Source of the DNA: Lingula anatina
Taxonomy: Eukaryota > Animalia > Brachiopoda
Reading direction: 5' to 3'
Assembly: GCA_051362555.1 (NCBI GenBank)
Contig: CM120642.1
Coordinates: 5,084,001-5,148,000 of the forward strand
DNA length: 64,000 nucleotides
The notes under the pieces are model-generated. The model had not been told where the DNA came from, made no database searches, and saw nothing but the letters and a program-made list of their open reading frames with translations. This document shows, one piece after another, positions 49,712 to 62,032 of the stretch. How positions within the stretch are numbered: position 1 is the stretch's first letter; the number at the start of each line of letters is the position of its first letter. A program made the translations under genes and the position numbers.

Positions 49712-52636
49712 TCTGCCAAACATTTAGTTTATTTCTTACTTCATCTCCAAATAGTTAAGGTAATTTTGATAACAAGTTTCCTAATATTTCTTATGTTTTG
49801 ATTCCTTTGTTGATAAATACTTGGGTTTACTGCTTTGAACATTTCATATATAAGAGCCAAATCAAAGGAAAACAATTAGAATTGTGAAGAGATTAAAAGG
49901 CTGTGAATGAAATATTTACATCTATGTACATTTTGTTTTGTGTCATTAAATGTATCCCATCTGGAAATTAATCATTTTCTATTAATTTAATAAAATTATT
50001 GTCAAGATCTCTAATTTTGCCAGCAAATGAATTATACTAAGTTATATATATATTTTATCAGATAAAACGTGCTATCACCCTTTTTTCATAAGAGTTTTTT
50101 ACTTTATTTTTAAAATGTCATTCATTTAAAAAAATGAAGCAACAGTTTTATAACTTGATTATGTAAGTTTACTCTTTTATAGGCAGGTCTCTGAAATTAT
50201 TGAAAAATTTGTTACTGATAAGGTAATACTTGTTGCAGGTAAATGTTTTTTTTTAATGTAGCATACTGAATAAAGATGGGCCTTTTAGATTGCTGTCAAA
50301 AAATTTGGGCTCTACAATATTCAGACCATGAATAATGTAAAAGGTCTTCATAAAGTAGATGTTGTATTGGGTTGAGGTCTGCCTTAAATAATGGTAAGTT
50401 TATACACGTATAATGTTGTTCAAATTAAAGCATTTAAGTCCTGGAGAGAGAAAGTAGAATTTTGACCCTTTGTTGTGAAAGTTAGTTTTATTGGTTATAT
50501 CTTTTTAATTTTATTTTATTAAAATACATTGTTTATGGCTATGTCGTCAAAGGGAAGAAGAAACATGATATATGGTAGTTAGTGTTGGTCCATCCAGTAT
50601 TAGATATATGTATTTAAGAAACTTTTCATATTATATGGCATTCCACTTTGGTAACATAATCACATTTGTGTCTTGAATTCAACAATAAAGTGTATAAAGT
50701 AATAGTGTGTTGAGAATTAAAGTTAAGATGATTACTGATTACTCAGTCCACACATCCTAAGAAACTGTTTCTAATGTACTAGTATAATCACCAGGTTCTC
50801 TGTGTTCTACTAAATGCCAGGAGGCAGCTTTTTAGTCAGTAAATGGATTGCAGTCAGCGAGAATCCCTGACATAACTCGTTCTGAAGTGTCCTCAAGAAA
50901 ATAGAGATGCTTAAAAAAAAGACATGCCCTATTCATTCTAGGAGAAAATTTTTGTTATCTTGATTTAGCTTAATTTTGTTTTTGACTTAGAGGAAATTGA
51001 AAGAGAAAAGACAAAGAAAAAGCCAGTAATGTGGCAGATCTTTTGCCCTCAAGGCTGTCTGTGACATGATATTATGCAAGAGAGAGGAAAATATTTTAAA
51101 TTTCTGGGTTTTGGGCAGCTTTAAGAATCTCGCTTGTTGAAAACACGTCAGTAACGATCTGACAAAGGAGACTTCCTTTTGTATAGAATTTGACTTCGTA
51201 TAATTGAAAATAAGGTACGGTAATTACATTATTCGGACATCAGGATTTTTTAAATGTCCCCCCCCCCCCCAAATGTTTTGTTACACCTTATAATGCAGAT
51301 TCAAAAGCTTTAAAAAGTTATTTGGCTTCATATTAGAAAATGCATTGTTTGTCTGAAAATGATAAATTTTGAAGATTTAGGACTTTATATAAAGTGGGAG
51401 CATTTGGAAATTTTACATCCAAGTAATTACCACATATAGCAGTAAAATACTAAGGTTGATGTTTAACTGTTTTTAAACTAATCTGACTTAATCTGCCACG
51501 GATATGGGTTTTGTTTTATAGATAATAAAATTAACATTGAGTAGGTCTTTAGTACTACATGAACTGGCGTGTTGAATAAAGATTTTAATCTCAAAAGACA
51601 AAATGAATTGGACACTAAGTTTGAAAAATCAGATAAGGAAGTGGTGTCGGAAGGATCTGCAATAACATGTCAGTGTCCTTTATGATATAGCTGTAACATG
51701 ATTATGTGTGACATGTATTATTCTATGACTCTAAGTAATAAGTAAACATTAAACTTTGTGAACTGTTTTTTAGTTGTTGTTCTTTTGATTACCATAATGG
51801 TGAGTGACAGGCAAAATTGACGATGTAAAAATTGACCCCTTGGAAAGATTGATGTAAAAATATTAATTCAAAAACTATGATTGTGGATTAAAAAATTTAT
51901 TGTTAATTTTTGGGTATCAGTCTAAATTATCATGAAATACAGAAATTAACTAGGGTTTAACTTTAATGCCACTGTTATTTTGTAATTTAAATTTCCTCCA
52001 CATTAACATCAGTAGCAACTTGCCATATCTGCTTTGGTGTGGTTTTGCAATTTTATCAGTCATTTTTTGAGGATTTTTCTTTTTCTTTGTGAAAGTGGCT
52101 GGATTTTGTAGGAAAAAAAAACGATTACAAGTACAGGGAATTCATGATAGGGAGGGCATTTTCCTCCTTTTTTATGCTCATCACTTTAATATTTCTGAAA
52201 TTTAAAAAGGTGAATGGTCAAAACTATTGAATGTGGTTGTATACATGTTTTCTTGCATGCCTTTTGCCTGTCAGAAGATAAATTCTTCAGCTGTGATATG
52301 TACTAAGAATAAAGCAGTGATTCTGCCTCAATCAACTAATGTTGAAATTTTTGTTTACCTCCAATATTTTGAAGTCTGTCTAGAGCATCTTCACCAGGGA
52401 ATCAGCAAAACAATTTCAGCATTGGTTGTTGATTGAAGAAAAATCACTACTTAATTCTCTTGGTAGTGAGTTTTTTTAATTCTCTTGGCAGTGAGTTTTG
52501 ATATATATTGACATCAAGCACTCTAATCTGTCTCTATTATTTAAAAGTGTGATATTAAATGGTGTTTAAAAGTTGGTATGCAGAGTTTTCTTTTAAGTGG
52601 CTGTTTCTAATCGCATCTTGTCTTTTCTTTTTGCAG

Positions 52637-52757
52637 ACTGTATGGCTTCAAGGTGCACCCCCTGGCCTACGAGTTGCAGTATGCGGCTGCCGCACGGACG
52701 CGCTCATCTGGAATGTCGAGACCAAGAACATCTGCCAGGTCGCCAGTCTACAAATAG
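52637..52757 (+). CDS. CSNK2B: CK2-beta last coding exon, distal duplicated variant (225-aa isoform)
   Basis: Branch-like ttctaat, polypyrimidine tract and ttgcag acceptor in the same phase 2; (R)LYGFKVHPLAYELQYAAAARTRSSGMSRPRTSARSPVYK-TAG. Differences from the proximal exon over the homologous part are mostly synonymous. Confidence 0.88.
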
Positions 52758-54243
52758 GGACCCCAATCCAGCCTTTGTATTTGTATGCCTTTTGCTTCTA
52801 CTACTGCTAGCATGGAGCGGGCAGTCTTTGCCTTGCCCAGCCATAGATTCTTGTAACAAGCTCTCAGCAGTCAGCAAAGGAGTTTTTTTTTTTTTGTTGA
52901 TAAAGAAACTAAAACATTTTCCCATTCAGACCTGTCAACTCTTTATTCTATTTTCAATGACAATTTCAATATTTACTGAGTTGCTCACTCTCCAAAATTG
53001 CATTTTTGATATGTTTTATTTCTTAAGCAGCTGCTTGGTGATGTAAACATCTCTAAATATGGCTGTAAGTTGATTAATTTTGCTGAGGCTTTTTACAAGA
53101 ATTTTCTGCTTGCCTTTTCAAACCCAAAATGCAGGATGTTTGGCGATCTCATATTCACCATTCATATGTAGAAGTCTTAATCAAGGATATGTGTCTTCAG
53201 TGGGAATTACCCGAGATAACCCTAAAGTTAGCATAAAATCAAGCAAGATTGAGTGCGATGTGGAGGGGGGGGGGGGGGGGGGTCAGAAATAACGGCAGAC
53301 TAAGGAGTGCAGTACACCAACAAATAAAAACTGACAATTTTTTTCAACAGATATTTTTCTGTTAGTTTTCCAAGTTCCATTCAATTGCACAACAATGCAC
53401 AATAGCCTTGTTGCTTTCTAAGAAGACATCCCTGTATGTGGAATTTCACCCTTATCACTAAAAAAAGTTAACCCAACTTAATGTGGAATCTTGCACATTT
53501 TCGCATCTCATATGACAACACGATGTGGAGGACCTAGTTTTAGGCTGTCTCGGATGATTTCCATTTCATTGCGCGAAAAGGTGATTTTTTCTCTCCTCAA
53601 CAATAATATCTGTCAAAGTGGGGGCTAAGGTAGAACTTAGTGTGATAATTTTTTAGGAGTGTCATAAAACACTTTCCTCTCCCCTGGGTCATGCTGTCCT
53701 TAGTTGTTTCAGCTATTTTTAGTAGTCACAGTTATGAGTTTCCAACACACGGAAAACTTCAGATGAAGTTCAGTGACAAATAGTAAATTTGTTTTACATC
53801 AATTCTTATACATCTTGGTGCTGGTAAACAATATTGATTTGAGCTGGGTATTAGAATAAACATGATTTCTCTATTGAAGATTTCAAAATTAATTCTGAAA
53901 GTACTAGTTACATCTGTTGCACTGCTTATTATCCTTATGGGTGAAGGTCCTGGGTGAATGTGAGTCAACAAGTGAAATGGATCCAAAAATTGATTTAACA
54001 AAACAATATTGCCTTGAGCTTCAGATGGTTTGGGTCCCTAATAAAATCTTCTTTTGCCTTTCCTCTCTCAGGGAATGGTAGGTTCTCTTTAATAGAACAT
54101 TGATTGAATAAAACTACTAAGAAGAGGTTTTTTTTTACTAGTAAAACTAGGATTGGCTGAAATTTGACTAGAGTTTTCATGGAGATATCAGGGTGTAAGA
54201 GTGGATTCAGGTCAAGTTGATCTGCAGACAAACAAATCCCCGT

Positions 54244-54420
54244 CCGATCCACCTGAAAGCAATGCCGACTAATCTCCTGATGGTCTCCCAGCCTCCACAC
54301 ATGCCGTTACTGCTGGGGACTAGCAATTAAAACTCGGAGCCAAGATTTAATCTGTTTAATCATGTGTGGAGGCTGGGCAACCATCACGGGATTAAGGCAA
54401 CTTAATGGGGTCGGCCATAT
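54244..54420. mobile_element. Palindromic MITE relic (27993/60177 family)
   Basis: tgatggt.tcccagcctccacacatg pairs with catgtgtggaggctggg.aaccatca. Outer ccgatccacctgaaagc and gggtcggccatat match the family. Confidence 0.6.
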
Positions 54421-57400
54421 GTAGTGGGTCGGCCGTATTCTGAATGCACTCAAAGAATACCCTTTACTTCATCTAAAAACGTTTGTCTTTTATTATAAGA
54501 TTTGAATTAGTTTTTCATGTTTGAAGTGGTTATTTCATGTACAGTAGATGAAAGGGTGCATCCTTTTGATTTCATTTTCCTTTTCTCTGTGCATTTTAAT
54601 GCATCTGCTGGTAATTAACAGTTAGATGATTTAGTATTTTTTAAAATTTCCTTTGCATCTTACTGTATATTTGCAGAGAGACTTTACATGGTATGACAGT
54701 ATGATTGCTTTTTGTTAGGAGAATTTTCTTGTGCTTGCAATGCTTCAAAAATCAATGGTTGCTTAAATATCTTGGATAAGAAGCATGGTTGTTGCCTGAA
54801 CATTTATACATTTTTCAAATTGTTTAATTTGGTGTTTAGTTAGTATTCAAACGAAGGAAGATTTGAGCAGAAATTTTCCTCCTTTGGGAGGAGATTTCTT
54901 TCTTTTTATGCTGAACAGAATAAAATCTCCTGAATCTCCCCCCCCCCCCAAAAAAAAAAATAAAAATAAAATAAATCAAATAATAAAAATTAAATAAATA
55001 AAAGGGAGGTTATGTGAGTGGTAGGGTTTCTCATTTGGTAGCATACTGTTTTCTCATTCCAGGGTAAAAAAAATTACAGATTGAATGAGAGTTATTATGA
55101 TGTTTTTAGTGAGGCAGATGAAATAAGTCTTAGTGGCATATTGTGACCGGCCAAAGTGAGAGGGGACATGAGAGAAATGTCTGCTCTCCTTAGCTTTCAT
55201 AATATCTCCATAAAAACATGCATATAATTGCCATGTAAAATCAAACCAGTATTTAACAAATTACTGAAACGTATGCTGTACTGAATTCTTACATACAAAT
55301 GCTTTCTCTTTTGTACAGGGTGGTCCCTAAAAACGACCCATTTTACTTTCCATCTCAATTTTGATACAATTAAGATGTTTCCATCTTTCTTTTACCAAAT
55401 TGTGTCATAAGGACGACCATTCTACCCTTGCAAATTCTACAGAAATTGGAAACCTATCAGGCTATTTTTTGGATGTTAAAATGTTTCTTATTGACTGTTG
55501 TTGTCATGCAAACTGATGAAGACAGAATGCTTGAAGGAATTGTGCAAACCACACAGCTAATATGGTTCAGTAATATATTATTTGAACACTTTTAATCAGA
55601 AGAGCCCCTGTCTACATACGAATGTAACATGATTTTATTGTGGCAAGCTGTAATGCCCAACCTTTTTTCTTGAATTTCTCTTTTTATTCTTTTTCAGTCT
55701 ACTTGGCTTCCAAAAGATGAAAATTCCAAAATGAACAAAAACCACAACAGTTGGAAAAAGTCAGGGACAAAAAAGGACTTCAGTTTGCAGTTGCTTGCAT
55801 TCAGGTGGCTTGTTTATAATACACCAAAAAATACAACAGTAACGGAATTTAGGTGTATATCTACAGAATACATATATATGACATGTTAATTTAACTTTCT
55901 GCGTGGCTGTGACCATAAAACCAACAAAAGGAACATAAATGGATGGAGTTGCTCTGAATAAGTGACTAACTCTGCTTAAAAATGGTAAAAAATACACGTG
56001 AAATGAGACTTTGACTTTGTAATAGAAGATGTAGCTTAAATAAGTTAGAACCAGGACGGTTTTGTGAGCGAACAAATGTCAAGAATTAATTAATGTGAAA
56101 TAACAAGGGGTGTTACGAGGCCTGTCGACTTGTACATTTTCACATATTTCATTTATTACAGAGCATTTTGTAAAAATTATTTGTTTAAGGTAATGGTTTT
56201 CTCCACAAATTATTGTAAAGGCTTTATTTGGTAACTTGCCTTTTTATTTTTTTGAATAGCAATAAGATCAGAGTTAACAAGTAATACGTATTTTGGTAGC
56301 GGTCAAGGCATGGCTGAGTAATTATTTTCATTCAGATTTTTTTCTGCTTTGTGTCACGGTGGAAACCATGCCAATATTGAAGTTTTTTTTTTTTTCAAAA
56401 ACGCTATTTACATGTCTTTAAAAAGGACAATAATGACGGTCAAATTAATGTCGAAACGACTTCTGGAGTGTTGTGATTCTTGGGTTAAATTCTTACCTAA
56501 CCTAACCTCATCGCTTCTCTTGTGTTGGCTAAAACTGCTAATTCTGTTGAATCTATCAAAGGTTTCAAGAACACCAAGTGGAGGAAGATGATACTTAAAT
56601 AGATGAGTAAAAATGTTTTAAGAAGATGATATCGTTGTATTTTAGTGGTCATTTGAGACCCCCTTCGTTGGTGAGATCCAATATTTTATCATCATCATGA
56701 CATATTGAAGCATGTTGAGAACAACATCTGTGCTGACGCTCTGTCACTCCAAAGTTTAGATTTTGCCGACTGCCTGTTGAACAATTTAATTTGGGACAGA
56801 ATTAAACGTGGGATTTTAGCGCTTTAGTTCGCGGGAAATAGCAATTGCATGACGTCATTGGCAGTTTTCTGGTACTAATTGCACTCTCTTGAGGCTGAAA
56901 CTCACAAGCAAAAGTAAACATGATACTTCTTTAGACCAGTATGTGAATGGCTCTCATGAAAAGGCATTTTTGAACACACTTGTCAATTATATTGTGATTT
57001 TATTAAAAGCGACAAAATTCCTACTTAATGGTCCAATACGTATATGATCGTCATAGCGGCAACGAAGCCGTTTCTATAATTATCCGGAATTACTTTGTGA
57101 GTGCTTTATAAGGTAAATAATTTGCCGCCCTAGGATTGCAGTAAAATTTTATCATCATGCTGGAAGTACAATTACGTCTGTGCAGACAGTGTGGGATGCC
57201 TCCCTTAAAGTCTTGACTGATTCACTTCCTAAATTTTACTACACCGATTAATTTGTAATAATATGTATATTGCTCGCTTAAAAGCCCAAGCTTATTTCTA
57301 ACCGTAAAGTGCTGCTGTCGCCACGGATCAAGAAAGAGAGGGTGAAGGTGGGTGGAAACAGCAGAGCCTGAAGTCGTTGACCAATGGAAATCATTTGATG

Positions 57401-57823
57401 AGATATCGATGAGTCTTTCGACTTTGAAACGTGTCAGTTGAACAATAAATCTCTCAGTCATGTCACCGTTCAACGTTGCTTGTTTTTTTATTTTATCATA
57501 ATTAAGGCAATATGCATACAATATTAATTCTAATTTGATACGGTTTTTCCTAAAGATTATATTGCATGTCTCATTAGTCAGAAGAATTTGGAGCAGGTGT
57601 TCTAAAAGTTCTAAAAGAATAATATGTAGTGGCAAACGTCAAGTAATATATCTGGGAATGCACGTTTCGGGAGGACGCACCGTTACGTTTGTTCATATGT
57701 ATATTAGAACCAAAGGCGCTGTATTGTTGTCATTTTTTGGCGTCTCTAAAATTCGATGTAAAGATATTTTGAAAAACTGGATATGGATAGCATGAGGAAG
57801 TTCTCTCATTCACACGTAATATT

Positions 57824-57967
57824 CAGGCCTGGGCCTCGAAAGCATCGTATATTGCGAATAGCGATATCACATAGAGGCTACAATATGGGGCGAGTATGGA
57901 CGAGTAATGGAATCGAGACGCTTGCGCTCGGTCGCAATGCGCGATGCTTTCGAGTTACGGGGCCCTG
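57824..57967. repeat. CpG-rich inverted repeat (MITE-like) upstream of the last gene
   Basis: ctcgaaagcatcgtatattgcga (57835-57857) vs tcgcaatgcgcgatgctttcgag (57932-57954), 20/23 complementary; ends cagg../..ccctg. Confidence 0.65.
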
Positions 57968-58658
57968 ATGCGTGCTAATGACCCCCCTCCCCCCCACACA
58001 CACAAACTGTCAAACACGATGATGCCATGAAAAACACAGACTACCGTCCGTTTCTCTCTGTATCGCTGTCGCTCTCTCCTATTACTCGAATCTATCAACT
58101 GAAACAACTAAGTCTCTCGCGAGGCGATTCCACCCAGCGCGAGGTAAAGCGTCTGAAGTGTTTTTACAGCACGTCTGTATTACTTAAACTATTTCTCCCA
58201 TCGGTTTGCACGTGTCAGCACCGACAGTAAGCATAACGTGGGGCCCGCAGCCACAAATAGGCAGATTTATGACTATGAACAAAGGGAATATATCCAAATT
58301 AATGTGACACCGACAAGGAGTTGAGGGTTATGATTGGGGAGAATTATTGTTGCAAATTTAGAGCGACCCCATGATTCTCCAACTCTGTGGAATAATTGAG
58401 GTGGAATGCTCAAAGAGAGGGCTATGTATAGGGCACTGCGGTGTTCTACACGAAGTTAAAAGCGACTAGAAGGAAGTGGTCAAAAAGACGCAGAGTTGGC
58501 TTTGGCATCTACTCGTAAATCGGGCGTCAAAACAGAGTTCAACTTCGGTGAGAAGTGAACTTATCTACTCCATGGAAAGGATTTTTATACACTTTCACTG
58601 AGCTTTTCTCTGTTTTCACTGTGGTTAGTTATTCACTGACAGGTTAGCCCGCCTTAGG

Positions 58659-58688
58659 ATGGACCGAGTTCCCATTGAGGAAGACGAG
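58659..58688 (+). CDS. Probable first coding exon (MDRVPIEEDE) of the coiled-coil protein gene
   Basis: aggATGG start, 10 codons, strong gag|gtaagc donor, phase 0 matching the acceptor at 62032. Confidence 0.65.
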
Positions 58689-58957
58689 GTAAGCGTTACG
58701 GAGTGAAATAAAGGTCGCATTCATTGCGCTGTATCACATAATTATATATTTATGAACACATTGAAATATATTCAAACATAGCGTGGAGCATCGTAGCCTG
58801 GGTTTGTAGTTCAACATGACTGCTCCTAGACTAATATTACTCCAATATCAAAGGTAAAAAGTGAATAAATGCTTCCGACGCTGTATACATGTATTTAACA
58901 AGACTTCGTAGAGTATTTTCTGAGCCAACATTGGTAAAGTCCCACACAGCAATAAAT

Positions 58958-59256
58958 ATGTGATGAAGGTTTGGAGGTGCATGTAACACTTGACAGGACA
59001 CATAATATGCAGGCACTCAGCGTTGTATTAATTATAATGACATGATATTAATCCCAGTAAATCTTGTAAACTTTGACATTTGCCAATATCAAGTATCACA
59101 CAGCATTAAACATGTGATTAAGGTTTGGAGGTGCATATGTAACACTAGGCGGCTAACTTAAAAGATAATATGCAAGTACTCAACGTTGTATTAATTATAA
59201 TGAACACATGAAAGTTTATGTTGCTGGAAGATCAGTATCACATGATATTAATCCCA
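58958..59256. repeat. Diverged ~100-bp direct duplication in an intron
   Basis: atgtgat.aaggtttggaggtgcat..gtaacact...ataatatgca.g.actca.cgttgtattaattataatga...catgatattaatccca occurs twice. Confidence 0.75.
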
Positions 59257-59767
59257 ACCAATTAATTGAAATTGAACCAATTAATTGAAAATTGCCTATA
59301 CTCTTTCGTCATATTTTTTACCGCCTTCTCCGATCTGGATTTCTCTCCCGTCTGTACATGTCAGTGTTTACGTCTAAAACGTACGTGTAATACTTCACTT
59401 CCGATGAGCGCGTCCACGGGATATCAATATTCTTGAAGTAGTGTTTTGAAAAGAGCGGCGCCTTTTTTTCTGACGGGCTTAATTGAAATTGAAGCATTAC
59501 GCACTTATATCTTAAATGTTGCAAGGTTAACTTAAGGTCTATAAACTGGGCGAGTTATGTATAAGATGAACAGACTAAACAGGCTGCTCAGGCACTATAT
59601 AAAGTAACGATCTGGAAGTGCAGGTGTATTCTGCCATATTGGACTGACTGATTTATCTGATATGAAAGTAATTCTATCTAGACTGCCGCATGGCACATTA
59701 GGCTTGTTTTAATATTGTCTACTGATATAATTTCGTTAAGATGTATTATTATTTTTCTTATGGTTTT

Positions 59768-59771
<4 letters not shown>

Positions 59772-59810
<39 letters not shown>
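59772..59810. repeat. (CT)n microsatellite
   Basis: Uninterrupted CT run. Confidence 0.95.
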
Positions 59811-59812
<2 letters not shown>

Positions 59813-60176
59813 TCACACACACACATCCCAATATCGAATTATACACAGAAATTATCACCAGCAGTTCCTATCCCTTCAAGGCCTCTTCAACATGAAAGTA
59901 TTTGCGCTATAAAATTAATGCAGGAGCAGAAATGTCTTTGAGGAGTACATCGAGTTCAGTCACCCCAACGAGACCTCTTCCTCTTTTATTTCATTGAGTA
60001 TGGAAGGTTGGATGAATCAGCTCTGTTTGCTCATGGTTAACTATATTTTGCTCACCAAGAATACCTAAGATGAAGTCACGTATGACGTCCATTTAGTGGG
60101 CTAACTTCTGAATCTGCTGTAGATTTTTTCCGGTGTAATTTTGATGTGGAAGGCTGTATTCACAACCAAAGTTGAT

Positions 60177-60324
60177 CCTTGGACTAACAGATCCGCCGAT
60201 CAAATATGGCCGATCCACTTGAAAGCTTACCGCGTAATCCCCGCGTGGAAACTATTCAGTATTAATTAGGAGATTATGCAGCAAGCTTTCAAGTATTTGA
60301 TCCGCGGATCTGTTAGTCCGAAGG
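60177..60324. mobile_element. Palindromic MITE (27993 family)
   Basis: ccttggactaacagatccgc.gatcaaata..cttgaaagctt pairs with aagctttcaag-tatttgatc.gcggatctgttagtccgaagg. Confidence 0.8.
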
Positions 60325-61293
60325 TATTGACATCCGTACCTTGCCTGTCACCCTGAATGTTGGTGTAACTTGTAACCCACCTTCGGAACTCAGGGTACGT
60401 GGTGACCATATAAATATTGTGAATTTTGGTGGAAAGGCTTGATAAGGCATGATCTAGTATACACAGTACTCAGGATGTTGTTCAAAACGGGGTCTGTGGG
60501 TGAGCGATCATGTTATAAGTAGGAATAAGTGTTCACATTCCCTTTCAGGCCCTTAGGCTGGGGAGGGGGTGTATAAAGGGTTAGAAAAATAAGATCTTTC
60601 AGGTCCAGTTTAAACCAAAATTTGATCTAGAGTCCTTGTCATTTCTCACGTTGGGTCAACTTAAAGTTTAGAAAGCGTTCCACATTTTCAGTAAAGAGAA
60701 CCTCCTTTGAAAGCGGTGGCTATTCAGACAGTGTGGGCCATTTTTCACGAAATAATCTTCATGCCAGCTTAATTTGTTTTTGTTGTCTCCAACTCTAATA
60801 TATATAATATATGTATATCATAGAAGGGATAATGGTCCAGTGTGCCGATCCCGTCGTGATAATATATATGTGAATGTGAAGTGTTAAAATAATGTATAGC
60901 TTCAGTGCGGAAAATTAGGGGTTTGCTTACGGCCTCGGACACTTTGACCTCTGGAGGGGTTAATATCTCCCTTTAGGCAATCTTAATGCCATTTTCCGGC
61001 CATGTTATTCATTTGACCAAGGAGTTATAACTCCTTGATTTGACTAACCTGAGAAGGTTTTTGTACGCGGCACTTTCGTCCATTTTGCAGAATGTCATAT
61101 ACACAATCTTAATTGCAGCATCAGTCGAGTCCACATTAAGGACAGTAAACAGGTTTAATACTAATGTTTTATATAAATATATCACTATTGATAAACCCCC
61201 CTCTTTTTCTATGATTACGAGTTTTTTTGTCGAGAAAAACTAGATTACAAATTACTTGTCAGGTCTTCCTATATACTGTAGTACACAAAGTGG

Positions 61294-61295
<2 letters not shown>

Positions 61296-61337
<42 letters not shown>
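61296..61337. repeat. (GT)n microsatellite
   Basis: Uninterrupted GT run. Confidence 0.95.
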
Positions 61338-61339
<2 letters not shown>

Positions 61340-62032
61340 CTCCTTTACAGTGACATTGTACAGCATTCGGCAAGTAGGGGCTGTTTGGTCCGCTATGAGT
61401 TTTACTTTACTGCTGTATCATCGGATATTCAGTTATTCATTTTCACTTATGTAGCACTTTCATTGTTCGCAATTACATGTGCATCACTTTATGCCCATTT
61501 GTTATGTGAGGTGCAGATACAATGGCAACTTACTGAGCAAGACTAGTATGGGCATTATAAGTGGGTGATAATTCATCGTAACAATTAAGGTTTGCATCTG
61601 AATTTGACAAGCTTTGCATGTAGCTCACACATTTATCTTCATTTATTATTTCAAAAAGATTGTTATGCATCCAAAATGATGCCGAAAATTATAAGAAAAT
61701 CCACCTGCAGAGTACACATGTAAAAGAAAAAAATCCGGTCTTTCGTATGTCGGACATAGTAGCCCACAGTAGAACTATACTAAGTGTGTGTGAACATACA
61801 GGTGGTGCGAGATATAAGGGACGTCACACTCAAAACACACACACACACACGGACACACACACACACACACACACACAATTTTGACTGTATTACAAGTGAA
61901 ACCGTTTTTAACACGAGGTACCATACATGTATTTTAATTATCTATACTATGCAGTATTTTGCTGTAAGATCAGACTTAAAGAAACCCATAATCTGGGAAA
62001 TAATCTCATAGGTTGATTGATTACTTTTCCAG

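Noticed and set aside
52559-53046. ORF-track proteins of 83 aa and 149 aa
   Set aside because: They are the other two reading frames across the duplicated CK2-beta exon and run through intronic polypyrimidine sequence.
55315-55480. TACAGGGTG start resembling a Tc1/mariner MITE end
   Set aside because: No matching opposite terminus found, so the boundaries cannot be supported.
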